From contig NC_068994.1 in NCBI RefSeq assembly GCF_001194135.2, forward strand, positions 31,490,347-31,550,103: a DNA stretch of 59,757 nt, written 5' to 3'. The DNA is from Octopus bimaculoides (taxonomy: Eukaryota). Position 1 is the first letter of the stretch; each line of letters begins with the position of its first letter. The translations under genes were made by a program, and so were the position numbers. The notes beneath the pieces are model-generated. The model searched no databases. It worked only from the letters and a program-made list of their open reading frames with translations, and was not told the DNA's origin. Shown one piece after another: positions 12,586 through 23,072 of the stretch.

Positions 12586-12785
12586 ATAAATAATATCAAC
12601 AGAAAAATAACATCAGCAACATATCTTACGAATGAGAACAGTGTACCCCATTAATCAAATAAAGGGTTGGGTTCGAAGTTCCACCAGAATACCTGAAGAA
12701 GGCTGGAGAGTACATCAGCCGAAACGTTGTGATAACAACAAACAAGGTGAGGACACCTATCCATCCATTATAAATAGTTACAGTA
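12586..12785 (+). mobile_element. Copy 2 of the same element, inverted, most of the tRNA head deleted
   Basis: Reverse-complement match to 12325-12515; contains CTGAAGA-A-GGCTG-loop-CAGCC-GAAAC-GTT at 12693-12728. Confidence 0.75.
12690..12731 (+). ncRNA. Minimal type I hammerhead-ribozyme-like motif
   Basis: CUGAAGA core, extra A, 5-bp stem II GGCUG/CAGCC, GAAA, palindromic AACGUU stem III, weak stem I. Activity untested. Confidence 0.5.
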
Positions 12786-13317
12786 GTAGTAACATCACAA
12801 TAGCAACAAGATAGCAGTAACAACAATGTCACAACGGTAACATAGACATTGCAGTAATAGCAATGTCATCATTACAGTTGTAACAACGTCTCAATAGCAC
12901 ATTACAGTGGCAACAACTCTGCGACAATAACATCAACATTAGTAATAACAATGCAACAACATCACAGCATCAACATTTCACTAGTAATAGCATAATTGCA
13001 ACAACAACAATATAGTAGCAATGACAATGTCACAATAGCAACATCAACAATATAGCAAAAACATCACAATAGCAACACCAGCAGAATAACAGCAATGCTG
13101 CAACGGAATCATAAACACATAGCAACACCAAGAATAGCATCATCAATCACACGATAATAGTAACAATCACTCAATCAAACCAGTTATTCCTCATCTACCA
13201 TTGCTGGTAAATGCCTTCTCATCTCTCTACAACTTTTGGCTTTTGGGTGTCCCATTTCAAAGTTTTATAATAGTTCCAAGTTGTTGCTGTAGGATACTTC
13301 AGATGTTGCATCTACAC

Positions 13318-14064
13318 TACGAGGTGGTATCAAAATTTCCTGAACTAGTTCTGTAAAACGCCAACAGATGGCTGGCAGCACACTGATGCATGTGCAGAGT
13401 GACATCACTGTGTTTATTGCACAAGTTGTTAAATTTGTGTTTTTGTGATTACATGTATGCTGTAGTCAGCGATTTTGTCATGGACAGGAACAAAAAGCTA
13501 ACGGGGAAGTCTGCTACAGAGACATTGAGCATGCGTCAACAAGCTTATGGTGACAAGGCATGCAGTGTTATGTATGCAATGTTTTGTGTGGCATAGATGC
13601 TTCATAAGTGGAAGAACATTCCTGGAAGATGAGGAGTAATCTGGAAACGCAGTATTGTGCATTAAGAATTTGACCCCATGGCCAGACTGTCAATCAAGAG
13701 TTCTATTGCGACATTTTGAAGCATTTGAGGGAGGACATTCAACAAAAGCAACTGGATCTGTGGAGCGCAAGGAATTGGATCTTTCACCAAGCTCTCTTTA
13801 CTCAGGAGTTTCTCACCAAAAACAACATGGTATCACTTCTGCATCCGCCCTATTCACCGGATTTAGCACCTGCAGACTTCCATCTTTACCCCAAGATGAA
13901 AATGCAGCTCAAAGGATACCATTTTAACACCATTGTTGTGATCCAGAGAGAATCACAGAGGGTCCTTGGCTCACTTATGAAAAATGACTTCCAGGATGAA
14001 TTCCAAAAGTGACAGGAAGACTGAGACTGGTGTATTGCTGCACAAGGTGACTATTTTGAAGGTG
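13318..14064 (+). mobile_element. Mariner transposon remnant, internally deleted, right end replaced by a SINE
   Basis: Left end TA|CGAGGTGGTATCAAAA; HPPYSPDLAPADFHLYPKMK motif in ORF 13716..14012. Confidence 0.9.
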
Positions 14065-14889
14065 TGCGGCTTCTTTCAATTTCCATCTGTCAAATCTACT
14101 CACAAGCTTTGGTCAACCGGAGGCTATAGAAGAAGATACTTGCCCAAGCTGCTCTGCAGTGGAGTTGAACACAACACCACCAGGCAGGGAATCAAGCTTC
14201 TTAACAACCACACCCGCACCTACAGCATCAATATAGACAGGTGCAGAGAAGTGAAGAGAACATTTTTTATATATGCTTTTCAATATGCTGATTACAAATA
14301 TGCAAACATAAAGAAACAATTTCTTTTCAACTTTTCTTTTAAATCAGAAACTAACTAACGCTAAGGATTTACTGCTGCATTTTAGCCCATTGTGCTTCGA
14401 GAGCTAAATAAACACCTTTTCTTGACAACGACAATTAGGGAGCTAGATGAATATACTAGGTATTAGGGGGATAAGTAAATACCTATTGTAGATAATGGGC
14501 GTTTAGGGAGCTAGTACCATAGTAGACATGCAAAGCATATCGGGAACTAAGAAAACATGACCCTCAAATTAGGATTGAATTTAGGGGATTTCAAATGCAT
14601 CTGTTTGTCTTTTTGATGCCACTGAAATGGCCTGTGTATGTAACTTTTTATCATCATAGTTACAAACACAGCATCAAATATGGAGTTTTGAAAAATGTTT
14701 TGGACAAAAAATAAAAACAGAAAATCTCTTTAAAAAAAACATGCTTTGTTTATCTTTCTTCCACCTGCAACATTCTGAAACTTTAATGCTCAAAACAAAA
14801 AATTCAAAGACCTGCCATTATTTTTGTCAAAGAATAACAAAAAGCTTGTGTGCATAAATATAAATGTATATGTGTGTGCGTGTATATGG

Positions 14890-15270
14890 AACCTGCGGAA
14901 GAGGTTGACCCAGGAGGACATGAGATGAGGTGGTGAAGCATGATCTTCAAACACTGGGCCTCATGGTAGGCAATGACTCGTGACCAAGATCTTTGGCAAT
15001 ATGCTGAGCTTGAGAAGACCTGTCAAGCCAAGTGAAATCATAGTTGTGGCTGATGCCAGAGTCATGTTATTGGTAACCGTGCCACCGGCACATAAAAAGC
15101 ACCTTTTGAGTGTTGGGCCTCATGGAGGCAATGACAAATGACCAAGACCTTCAGCAATATGCTGTGCTTGAGTAGAAGACCCATCAAACCAAATGAAATT
15201 GTAGTTGTGGCAGATACTGGTGTCACACAACTGGCACGTAAAAGCATCCATTACACTCTTGGAGTGCAAG
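14890..15270 (+). mobile_element. RTE LINE 3' fragment, same family as 35415-37480
   Basis: GTCGRG*PRRT*DEVVKHDL matches GTRGRGRPRKTWDEVVKHDL of ORF 35421..36059; followed by the 3'UTR. Confidence 0.8.
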
Positions 15271-15329
15271 AATCAGCTGACTAACATGAGATGAAAGGTC
15301 CCTATTAAAATTTGAAGGGGGTATTTGCT

Positions 15330-15600
15330 CCAAATAAAGGGTACTCTCCTGTTCTTTTCACAGACCATAAAAACATTGGGCAGAACATTTTAAAGATGTA
15401 TTTAGTAAGATACAAATGTAGAGATGAACTCAATCAATAATATCCCCCAAAGACCGGTAATTGACTCTTTTGCATTAGATCCATGTTTGGATGAAGTAAA
15501 AGAGGCTATAAAATAACAAATGGAAAAGCTCAAGGAGAGGATACTATTACTGGAGAAATTTTTAAGTATGGCAGAAATATTTTGATAGATAAAATGTGTA
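15330..15600 (+). mobile_element. BovB-like RTE RT N-terminal fragment, degenerate
   Basis: Frameshifted translation HWAEHFKDVF...PQRPVIDSFALDPCLDEVKEAIK / NGKAQGEDTITGEIFKYG (RTE KAPGxDGIxxE motif). Confidence 0.65.
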
Positions 15601-16530
15601 AGGACTTTCAAGCGAGATCGTTGCCAGTGCCCTTGGACTGGCTCTTGTGCGGGTGGCACATAAAATACACCATTTTGAGCGTGGCCATTGCCAGTACCAC
15701 CTAACTGGCCTTCGTGCGGGTGACACGTAAAAGCACCCAATACACTCTCTGAGTGATTGGCGTTAGGAAGGGCATCCAGCTGTAGAAACTCTGAAAATCA
15801 GATTGGAGCCTGGTGTAGCCACCTGGTTCACCAGTCCTCAATCAAATCGTCCAACCCATGCTAGCATGGAAAGCGGACGTTAAACGACGATGATGATGAT
15901 GATAAAATGACAGAACAACCCAAATGTGGCAAATAGGAACTGTTCCTAAAAAATTTGTTTATCAGACATCAGTTTTCTAGGTTCCTCAATTTTTCTCAAC
16001 CGATCAATGTGCCAATTGAGTAAACGATAGCCGGTAATTTGACTCCTGGTATTTTGACACCGGTAATTTGACTGCCAGTCAATTTCACTCCTGATATTAA
16101 AAGCTTCAATAATGATGAAGGTTATGAGCTATTGCTCATAAAAAAATCCATCTTATTTTCGGGACTATATTGCTCAATAATTATCTGCAGTTGTTTGTTT
16201 ATATTTTTATACATTTTTTGAGGTCAAATTCAACCTTCCTCATTTCAATCACCCGAATGGACAACTGAAATGATACTTTCAGTTTACTAAATTACTCTGT
16301 ATATAAGCAACAACAACAATAATAATAATGATGATTTCTTTTATTGGTCACAAAGGCCTAAGACATGGAAGACACTATTGAAGGATGAGTTACAGCACAC
16401 ACAAAAAAACAAAAATTACAAAAGCACGTGGGGTTAACATTGTGCAAGGGGAGATACTACTGCATTAAAGGATCTAACAGAGGATATATAATAGAAAGTA
16501 GAAAATAAATAAATATATATATATATATAC

Positions 16531-16882
16531 TTTTATTCTTTGACTGTGGCCATGCTGGAGCAACATCTTCTAGTCAACGAAATTGACCCCAGGACTTATT
16601 CTTTGTCAGCCTTGTACTTGTTCTATCAGTCTCTTTGCCAAACCACTAAGTTACAGAGATATAAACACACCAACATTGGTGTGGAGTGGAATAAACACAG
16701 ACACACACAAATATATACATACACGACAGGCTTTTTTCAGTTTCCATCAACCAAATCCACTCACAAGGTTTTGGTCGGCCCAAGGCTATAGAAGAAGGCA
16801 CCTGCCCAAGATACCACACAGTGGGACTGAACCCAGAACCATGTGGTTGAGAAGCAAGCTTCTTACCACACAGTCATGTCTG
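16531..16882 (-). mobile_element. SINE family B, full length
   Basis: Reverse complement of the family B consensus, head to tail. Confidence 0.88.
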
Positions 16883-17555
16883 CGCCTATAATGAAACTAT
16901 TGGCCAGTATGGTACTTGAACCCACAACATTCACGTTATTATGTTGTTAGCATGACACACATAAACAGCTGAGCTAACTGGCCATTATTATATATATATA
17001 ATCAGTTAACATTCATTCTACCCATGCTGGCATGGGTAGGATGAATGACAAAGATCCAATGAGTGTGTCTGCTTTGGTATGGTTTCTACAGCTCAATACC
17101 CTTTCAAAAGGTAACAACTTTACAGTGGATACTGGGAGGTTTTTCATGTCATCAGCACTATCGAGGTTACCATGTAGCTCGCAAGTCAACAAACCAAGAA
17201 AGGGAAGATGTTGCCTCTATATCAGATGGAGGCTAGGGTAACAGGAAAGAGGTTGGAATAGAGTAGCTCCTTGTAGAGAAGCTACATGGCTACTCACATT
17301 AAGTAAGAGAGAGTGAGAATGAATTAGAGGTCCCCAAGGAGGTAGACAGCAGTGGTGAGGTGTCCAGGTGACACCTCAGGTAGCAGAAGCAGTAGAGGAG
17401 GGAGGGGTGTTGCAAGAGTGTGTGGGGAATCGATAGGGAAGGGGAAGAGGGGTGGGTAGCAAATATCTGTAAGGTTTGTAGGGAAGGGGTGCACAAGTTG
17501 AGGAGGCTACAGGGATGCTAGCAGTTTGACAATACACACACACACACACATATAT

Positions 17556-17925
17556 CTCTTTTACTTGTTTCAGTCTTTTGACTGTGGCCATGCTGGAGCA
17601 CCGCCTTTAGTCGAGCAAATCGACCCCAGGACTTATTCTTTGGAAGCCTAGTACTTATTCTATCGGTCTATTTTGCCGAACCGCTAAGTTACGGGGACAT
17701 GAACACACCAGCATCGGTTGTCAAGACATACAAACACATACACACATACATATATATATACATATATACGACAGGCTTCTTTCAGTTTCTGTCTACCAAA
17801 TCCACTCACAAGGCTTTGGTCGGCCCGAGGCTATAGTAGAAGACACTTGCCCAAGATGCCACGCAGTGGGACTGAACCCGGGACTATGTGGTTGGTAAGC
17901 AAGCTACTTACCACACAGCCACTCC
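17556..17925 (-). mobile_element. SINE family B, full length, CpGs retained (young or unmethylated)
   Basis: Near-identical to 43058-43462. Confidence 0.92.
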
Positions 17926-18428
17926 TATATATATATACACACACAGAGTTTTAAGTACTCATATACAAACAGTTCTCTAAACGAACAAACTGAGCAGCGA
18001 ACGGATTTTCTGAAGGAGATTAAGCTCGCATAACGAGCTGAAATCTGATCAGCAAACTACAAGCAGACTACGCATGCATATAAGTGCTGGTAGAACGTGC
18101 ACAAACGGCCAGTCAACGTTCATGTACGGATATCATGCAGCTTGCAATTTTTCATGTTCTATATATGAAATAACGATATAGCTCATATTTGGATCGACAG
18201 AAGAAAGACAAAGGATAAAAAGCGCGCGCGTGCACACATATATACACGCAAGTATATATTTATGTATCTGAGTAAAAAAATACATTTCATGTGTTTATGT
18301 GGAGTTTGGCTTGAAACGGATTACCTCTATTTATATCCATTTCAATTACTCAAGTAAGGAACAGGCCTCCCGAACAGAATTATGTTCGTATATAAAGACC
18401 TCTCCCAGTATGTGCGCGCGAGTGGACG

Positions 18429-18461
<33 letters not shown>

Positions 18462-18640
18462 CATATGTATGTGTGTGTGTAGATATAGAAGCACAGAGGT
18501 CGACAGTTAGAAATAAGAATAAGAAACTTTCGTAACTGGTCATAAAACTTTCAATGTTTGGGTAGGGGAACCGGAAATGAGATGATACCTCTGTGTACAA
18601 TTAAGCGACAGATAACAATCGGTATTATAACCGAAACCAT

Positions 18641-18671
<31 letters not shown>

Positions 18672-19307
18672 TTTGAGATAATTAGACTGATGATATTCAG
18701 AATTTTGCGTCTGTCGCTAATCATAATACTACATTTAACGTAGACTACAACGTATGTAGTTACATAATATTTTCTAATTTACATTTACTGACACCCACTC
18801 AGGGGCATGTCTTTATATATACATATTGTTGTTGATTTTCGGTAAATACAAACTTCTGGACCATATGGCAATCAACAGAGGACATTATATATACATATAT
18901 ATATACAGGTATATTAAAAGCGGTTATAATTGTAAAATACAGCGATGCCATCTGCTTCATTCATTTTTTCCTCTTAATATGGGACACTTTCATTTAATAT
19001 TAATGAAGATTGTAAGCTGGCTTACATAAAGATAGATCACAGTGTATTTATTTATAGCAGCTTATTTCATCATCAAAAAAGGGCTCCACATAAGTGCAGG
19101 GTCTGCTGTTACAAATAGCAGCCAAATCTCCCTCAAATTTCACCTTACGAAGGAAGGACAAACTGAATGATGTTGTTTCGAATATAATGCTTGAATAAAA
19201 CATCATGGCTGGAATGTGCAGTCTTTGGTATACTAAATAGGGGCCAACATGGCTCTCAACAATAAGAACAACAACAAAAGGTGTAAGATATTACAGGAGA
19301 TACTCAC

Positions 19308-19310
19308 CAT
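19308..19310 (-). CDS. CETN2: Centrin exon 1 coding part (ATG only); 5'UTR extends upstream from 19311
   Basis: Minus strand reads cctaacaatATG|gtgagta, a consensus donor right after ATG, next to a CpG-rich promoter-like region; phase 0 joins exon 2 to give MASYKK..., matching the MAS(N/Y)xKK start of animal centrin-2. Spliced CDS 510 nt = 169 aa. Confidence 0.85.
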
Positions 19311-19319
19311 ATTGTTAGG

Positions 19320-19520
19320 AGTTCTGTTGACTGTTGTTGTTCTTAGAGATGACCTAATCTCGTTCACGTTGCTTTCTCTCGCTGATTCACGAGAGATGAT
19401 AGGATCTCGTTAGAGGTCATTCTATACGAGATTTTGATTGCATGTGTTGTCTCTCTCTTTTCTTTCCCTCTCTGTCCTAATCTCTTCTGTCGCTTTCTTA
19501 CTTTTTCCCGTTCATTCATT
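19320..19520 (-). promoter_or_regulatory. Putative centrin core promoter/TSS region
   Basis: Immediately upstream of exon 1; CpG-retaining; five TCTCG/CGAGA half-sites in 19356-19433 followed by a pyrimidine tract. Confidence 0.55.
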
Positions 19521-20719
19521 CATTCATAGTTGGGTGATATTTGACTGCAGGCGTTGACTAGCCGACCTGTGGATCAAAGGTTTTCCAGCCGTAAACATCC
19601 CGATGCTTTCATCAAGACATTGACTGAGTTTCGAATCAGGACGACCCAAGTTGAATTTTCTCCGTTTATTTATTTTCACCACGTTTTTCGATACAATGGA
19701 GAAGCTTTTTATGACGAAAAAAAAAATTTCTGAAAATTTATAATTTTTTTCACACATCCCTTTCCCTACACCCCCTCTGGACTGGTTTTGACCGACTTTC
19801 TTTGGCACTACGCACTTAGAAACGACTGGAGAAATCTTTTCGGTCAAAAAAAAAAAAAAAATTGAAAATATTTTCTGACGAAAAGGTCTGTGATTTAAGG
19901 AACATTTAGCTGTTGTTTGTATCACATCCCACGACCACCCGGTAATTTCGTCGTTTCTTTGTCACAGTGACGTGTATTGATGTTCTTCAATATTTTTCTC
20001 CCCATAAACATATTTTATGGAATGATGATGCAAAAGTAACACAAAAGTTCTGTTTAGCCCAAGGGTGGTCCATCGCTGGGATTTAAGCACCAAACGAGTC
20101 TGTTTGCGTGTGTGTAAGGAAAAACATTTACTAACAGAAATGTATGCTATTAGAATAAATTATCTTTTACATACCTTTTTAAATCACTGGATAAATCCCA
20201 GCAGTGACCTTCTTAGGCTTTCCAATATTTTAAAATTATAAACGCGGTGGTGGTGCTGGGNNNNNNNNNNNNNNNNNNNNNNNNNNNNNNNNNNNNNNNN
20301 NNNNNNNNNNNNNNNNNNNNNNNNNNNNNNNNNNNNNNNNNNNNNNNNNNNNNNNNNNNNNNNNNNNNNNNNNNNNNNNNNNNNNNNNNNNNNGGGGGGG
20401 GGGGGAATGAAATTCTCAACACTTCTTTTTTAATAGCTTCCTTTTCTGTTAGTAAATATGTTTTGTTTTTTTACACACACTCATGAACTCACTTGGTGCC
20501 GGCGGCGAGTGGAAAGAAGGTATCAGGTGGTCGTGGCATGTGCTAGAAACAACAGCTAAATCTCACTTAAATCAATCATTGGAAAACATTTTAGAAAATT
20601 TTTTCTATTATAAAAAGGCTTCTCCAATCGTTTTTAAATGCATACGTCCAAAAAAAATAGCGGGGTGGGGGAAATGGAGGGGGAATTCTGTAGTTTGTGT
20701 TTTTTTTGTTGTGCCCCTG

Positions 20720-20960
20720 CAGTCCTGTTCTATTCTGGTGAGGCTTTGAGTATGTTCTTGATGCACTTTTTCTGTCTACCCTGTGTGTATTTGCCTTCTG
20801 CCAGTTCACTGCAAAGCAGTCTCTTGGTGAGTTACATGTCAGGCATTGAAACAAGGTGGCCTGCCCATCTGACGTGTGCTGCTCTGCAATGTGTAAAACT
20901 CTTGACAGATCAGCTTGAGAGACTACCTCGAGACATAGAGTATCTAGGACTCCGTTAACC
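20720..20960 (-). mobile_element. BovB-like RTE ORF2 C-terminal fragment
   Basis: Frame reads AHVRWAGHLVSMPDM*LTKRLLCSELAEGKYTQGRQKKCIKNILKAS. Confidence 0.8.
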
Positions 20961-21109
20961 AATGAATACTTCACTCTTAAAACCACAAAATATGATTTGA
21001 CGGGGATTTTGTTGCTTTTTCATGTAGATGGTTATAAATTGTTTTACAAGAACAAATATTTGAAATATGTTCCAAAAGTTTGTTCAAAATTTCAAGTTTT
21101 TACATTTTT

Positions 21110-21939
21110 GGGATCTTTATGGTTTGACGGGCAACACTTGTTTTCTTAACGAAACACTTTCAAACTTGGGACACTGGTAGAATGTGTCATATAAAACAAC
21201 TTTTTCTCTTAGCCTTCTTAACAAAAAATTGTACGTCGCAAGTTATTTCATGTTAAAGTTGTCATATTTCTGTAATTTCAACCAATTACTGACGTCTGTT
21301 CAGCTGAATACAGTCAGTGCTCTTTCGTAAACAATAATTTTTGGCCCATCATAAAAATGTTATTCCCTGTGACATATTTCATCCGGTTTAATCGTAATTT
21401 ATACGCATATATTGTTTATATAACTCTAACCCTATAACTCATAACCCTAACACCAACCCTAACTCCAACCCTAACCCTAACCCCAACCCTAACCCCAACC
21501 CTAACTCTGAAATCCGAACCTTAACCCTAAACTAGAGTTTGATTTGAAGAAGATTTTGCTGCTGTTTCTAGGAAATGAAGCACTTGGTGGAGGTGCATTA
21601 ATAATTCTGCCAGCTCCAATAACAAGTGCAGGCAATATTCAAGTATTTTGATGACTTTTTCCACTTTGTCTACGAACAGTCTAGTTAATCGGAAATGTCA
21701 GAACTAACGGGGATTAATACCATATACACCGTCACAGCACTAACTGTATTCAACTGAATAGACGTCAGTGATTAGTTGAAATTATCGAAATAAGACAATT
21801 TTTAACGTGAAATAACTTCGGATACAAAAATTTTTATCTGTTCTATACTGCAAAATATACAAGTATACGAAGTTTGAAAGTGTTTCAGTACCAAAAACAC
21901 TACATAAAAAAATGTTGGCCGTCAAACCCTAAAGATCCC
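21110..21939. mobile_element. Non-autonomous DNA transposon with ~200-bp imperfect TIRs (GGGATCTTTAGGGTTTGACGG) and internal (CCCTAA)-like repeats
   Basis: Left gggatctttatggtttgacgggcaaca; right tgttggccgtcaaaccctaaagatccc; ATTTTT on both flanks. Confidence 0.85.
21420..21530 (+). repeat. Telomere-like degenerate (CCCTAA)n tract
   Basis: taaccctaacaccaaccctaactccaaccctaaccctaaccccaaccctaacc... Confidence 0.85.
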
Positions 21940-23072
21940 ATTTTTGCTCTCTACTTCCCTACTCTTTTCTTTTCCCATTTATGTTTGGGACTTCAAGAGA
22001 CAGCTATTTTATAACTCTGCCTACTTCTCTGTAGTTGTGTTACAAACAGGTCGACTCTAAACAAGAAGATTCACAATCACAAGCTTTTCCAATTATGACA
22101 ATATATGCTTGCTGATTATGTTAAAACTCAAATAATTCTTAGTTATCAGTTGATGGATATCCCATACTTTCTACAGTCATTGTTTTGCCCTAGGTCATCC
22201 TTGATTGAGCAGAAGGCATTCTGATTATGACCATCTAGTCTACCACATTTTGGAATTTTTTCTAATGTAGCATCATCATCATCATCATTTATAGTTAAAT
22301 TTTCCAATGACTGATTGCTGACTACTACATATAAGTTATAAAATATTTTGAGTTCTCCTTTACTTAGTTTGTACACATTACTTTGTATGTAATAAATTTT
22401 AAGCACATTTATATACACAATATAAAAATGCTCTACTTGTCCTTAAACAATGCCAAGTTAATGTTAAGATAGAAACCAAATTTTAGAGAAGGTCTAACAT
22501 CCAATGACAACTGCAATTTGTTCAGTTCAGGGCAAAGTAGAGGCAGCAGATACATTAAGAAGAATGATTAAAGGAGATTGAATGAAAATAACTAAAAGTT
22601 CTTGTTGCTGATAAACAGATGACATCCTTCCTAAACTGCTTACCTATCGGCTTTGTCTTGACTTTCATCTTTTGGGTTACATCACAGCAAGCTACACACC
22701 ATCAACTCATGTACCCTGAGGCACACTCACACACTTTTCCTCCCATTCATTAATGATCAATATGATGTCACCTTAAACAAAGTCATTCTTATGCAGACAA
22801 CACCATTCTTTATTCCTTGTTAACAATGATGGAAATAGGTTTTAGGAATGAGGGATAAACTAAGGTCCATGACACTGAGATTGTGAAGAAATGGTTTAGA
22901 TGCTATACACCACCTCTGCCCTTGAACTATCTCTTAATCTCTTATACATAGTAGCTATATGCATCTTTCTGTTCGAAGGTGCTCAAACTGTGGTCTCCAG
23001 TTAACAACTATGCTGATGAAAGGTATGTTCTATAATGCAAGATGTATCTAAAAGTGTAGTATATATTATATA

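Larger units (their letters stand above)
11740..13170. repeat. Degenerate AAC/AAT-rich low-complexity array (acaatagcaacatc-like units)
   Basis: Strongly A/C-skewed plus strand with recurring caacaat, tagcaac and cacaat words; interrupted by a MITE and a SINE pair. Confidence 0.7.

Noticed and set aside
12283-13170. CRISPR-like array among the short periodic repeats (also 35080-38015)
   Set aside because: Eukaryotic context, degenerate units, no unique equal-length spacers and no cas genes.
19524-19925. 133-aa minus ORF ending LGRPDSKLSQCLDES..., or a divergent gene at the centrin promoter (as NSDHL is to human CETN2)
   Set aside because: The segment overlaps dispersed repeat family E and the inverted-repeat arm; no recognisable protein or downstream plus-strand exons.
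20723-20826. Plus-strand exon-like segment with a good acceptor (cccctgcag) and donor (gtgagt)
   Set aside because: It is the antisense of a BovB-like RTE fragment; no host gene context.
21420-21530. True telomere or chromosome-fusion scar
   Set aside because: Short, degenerate, single orientation and enclosed by TIRs.
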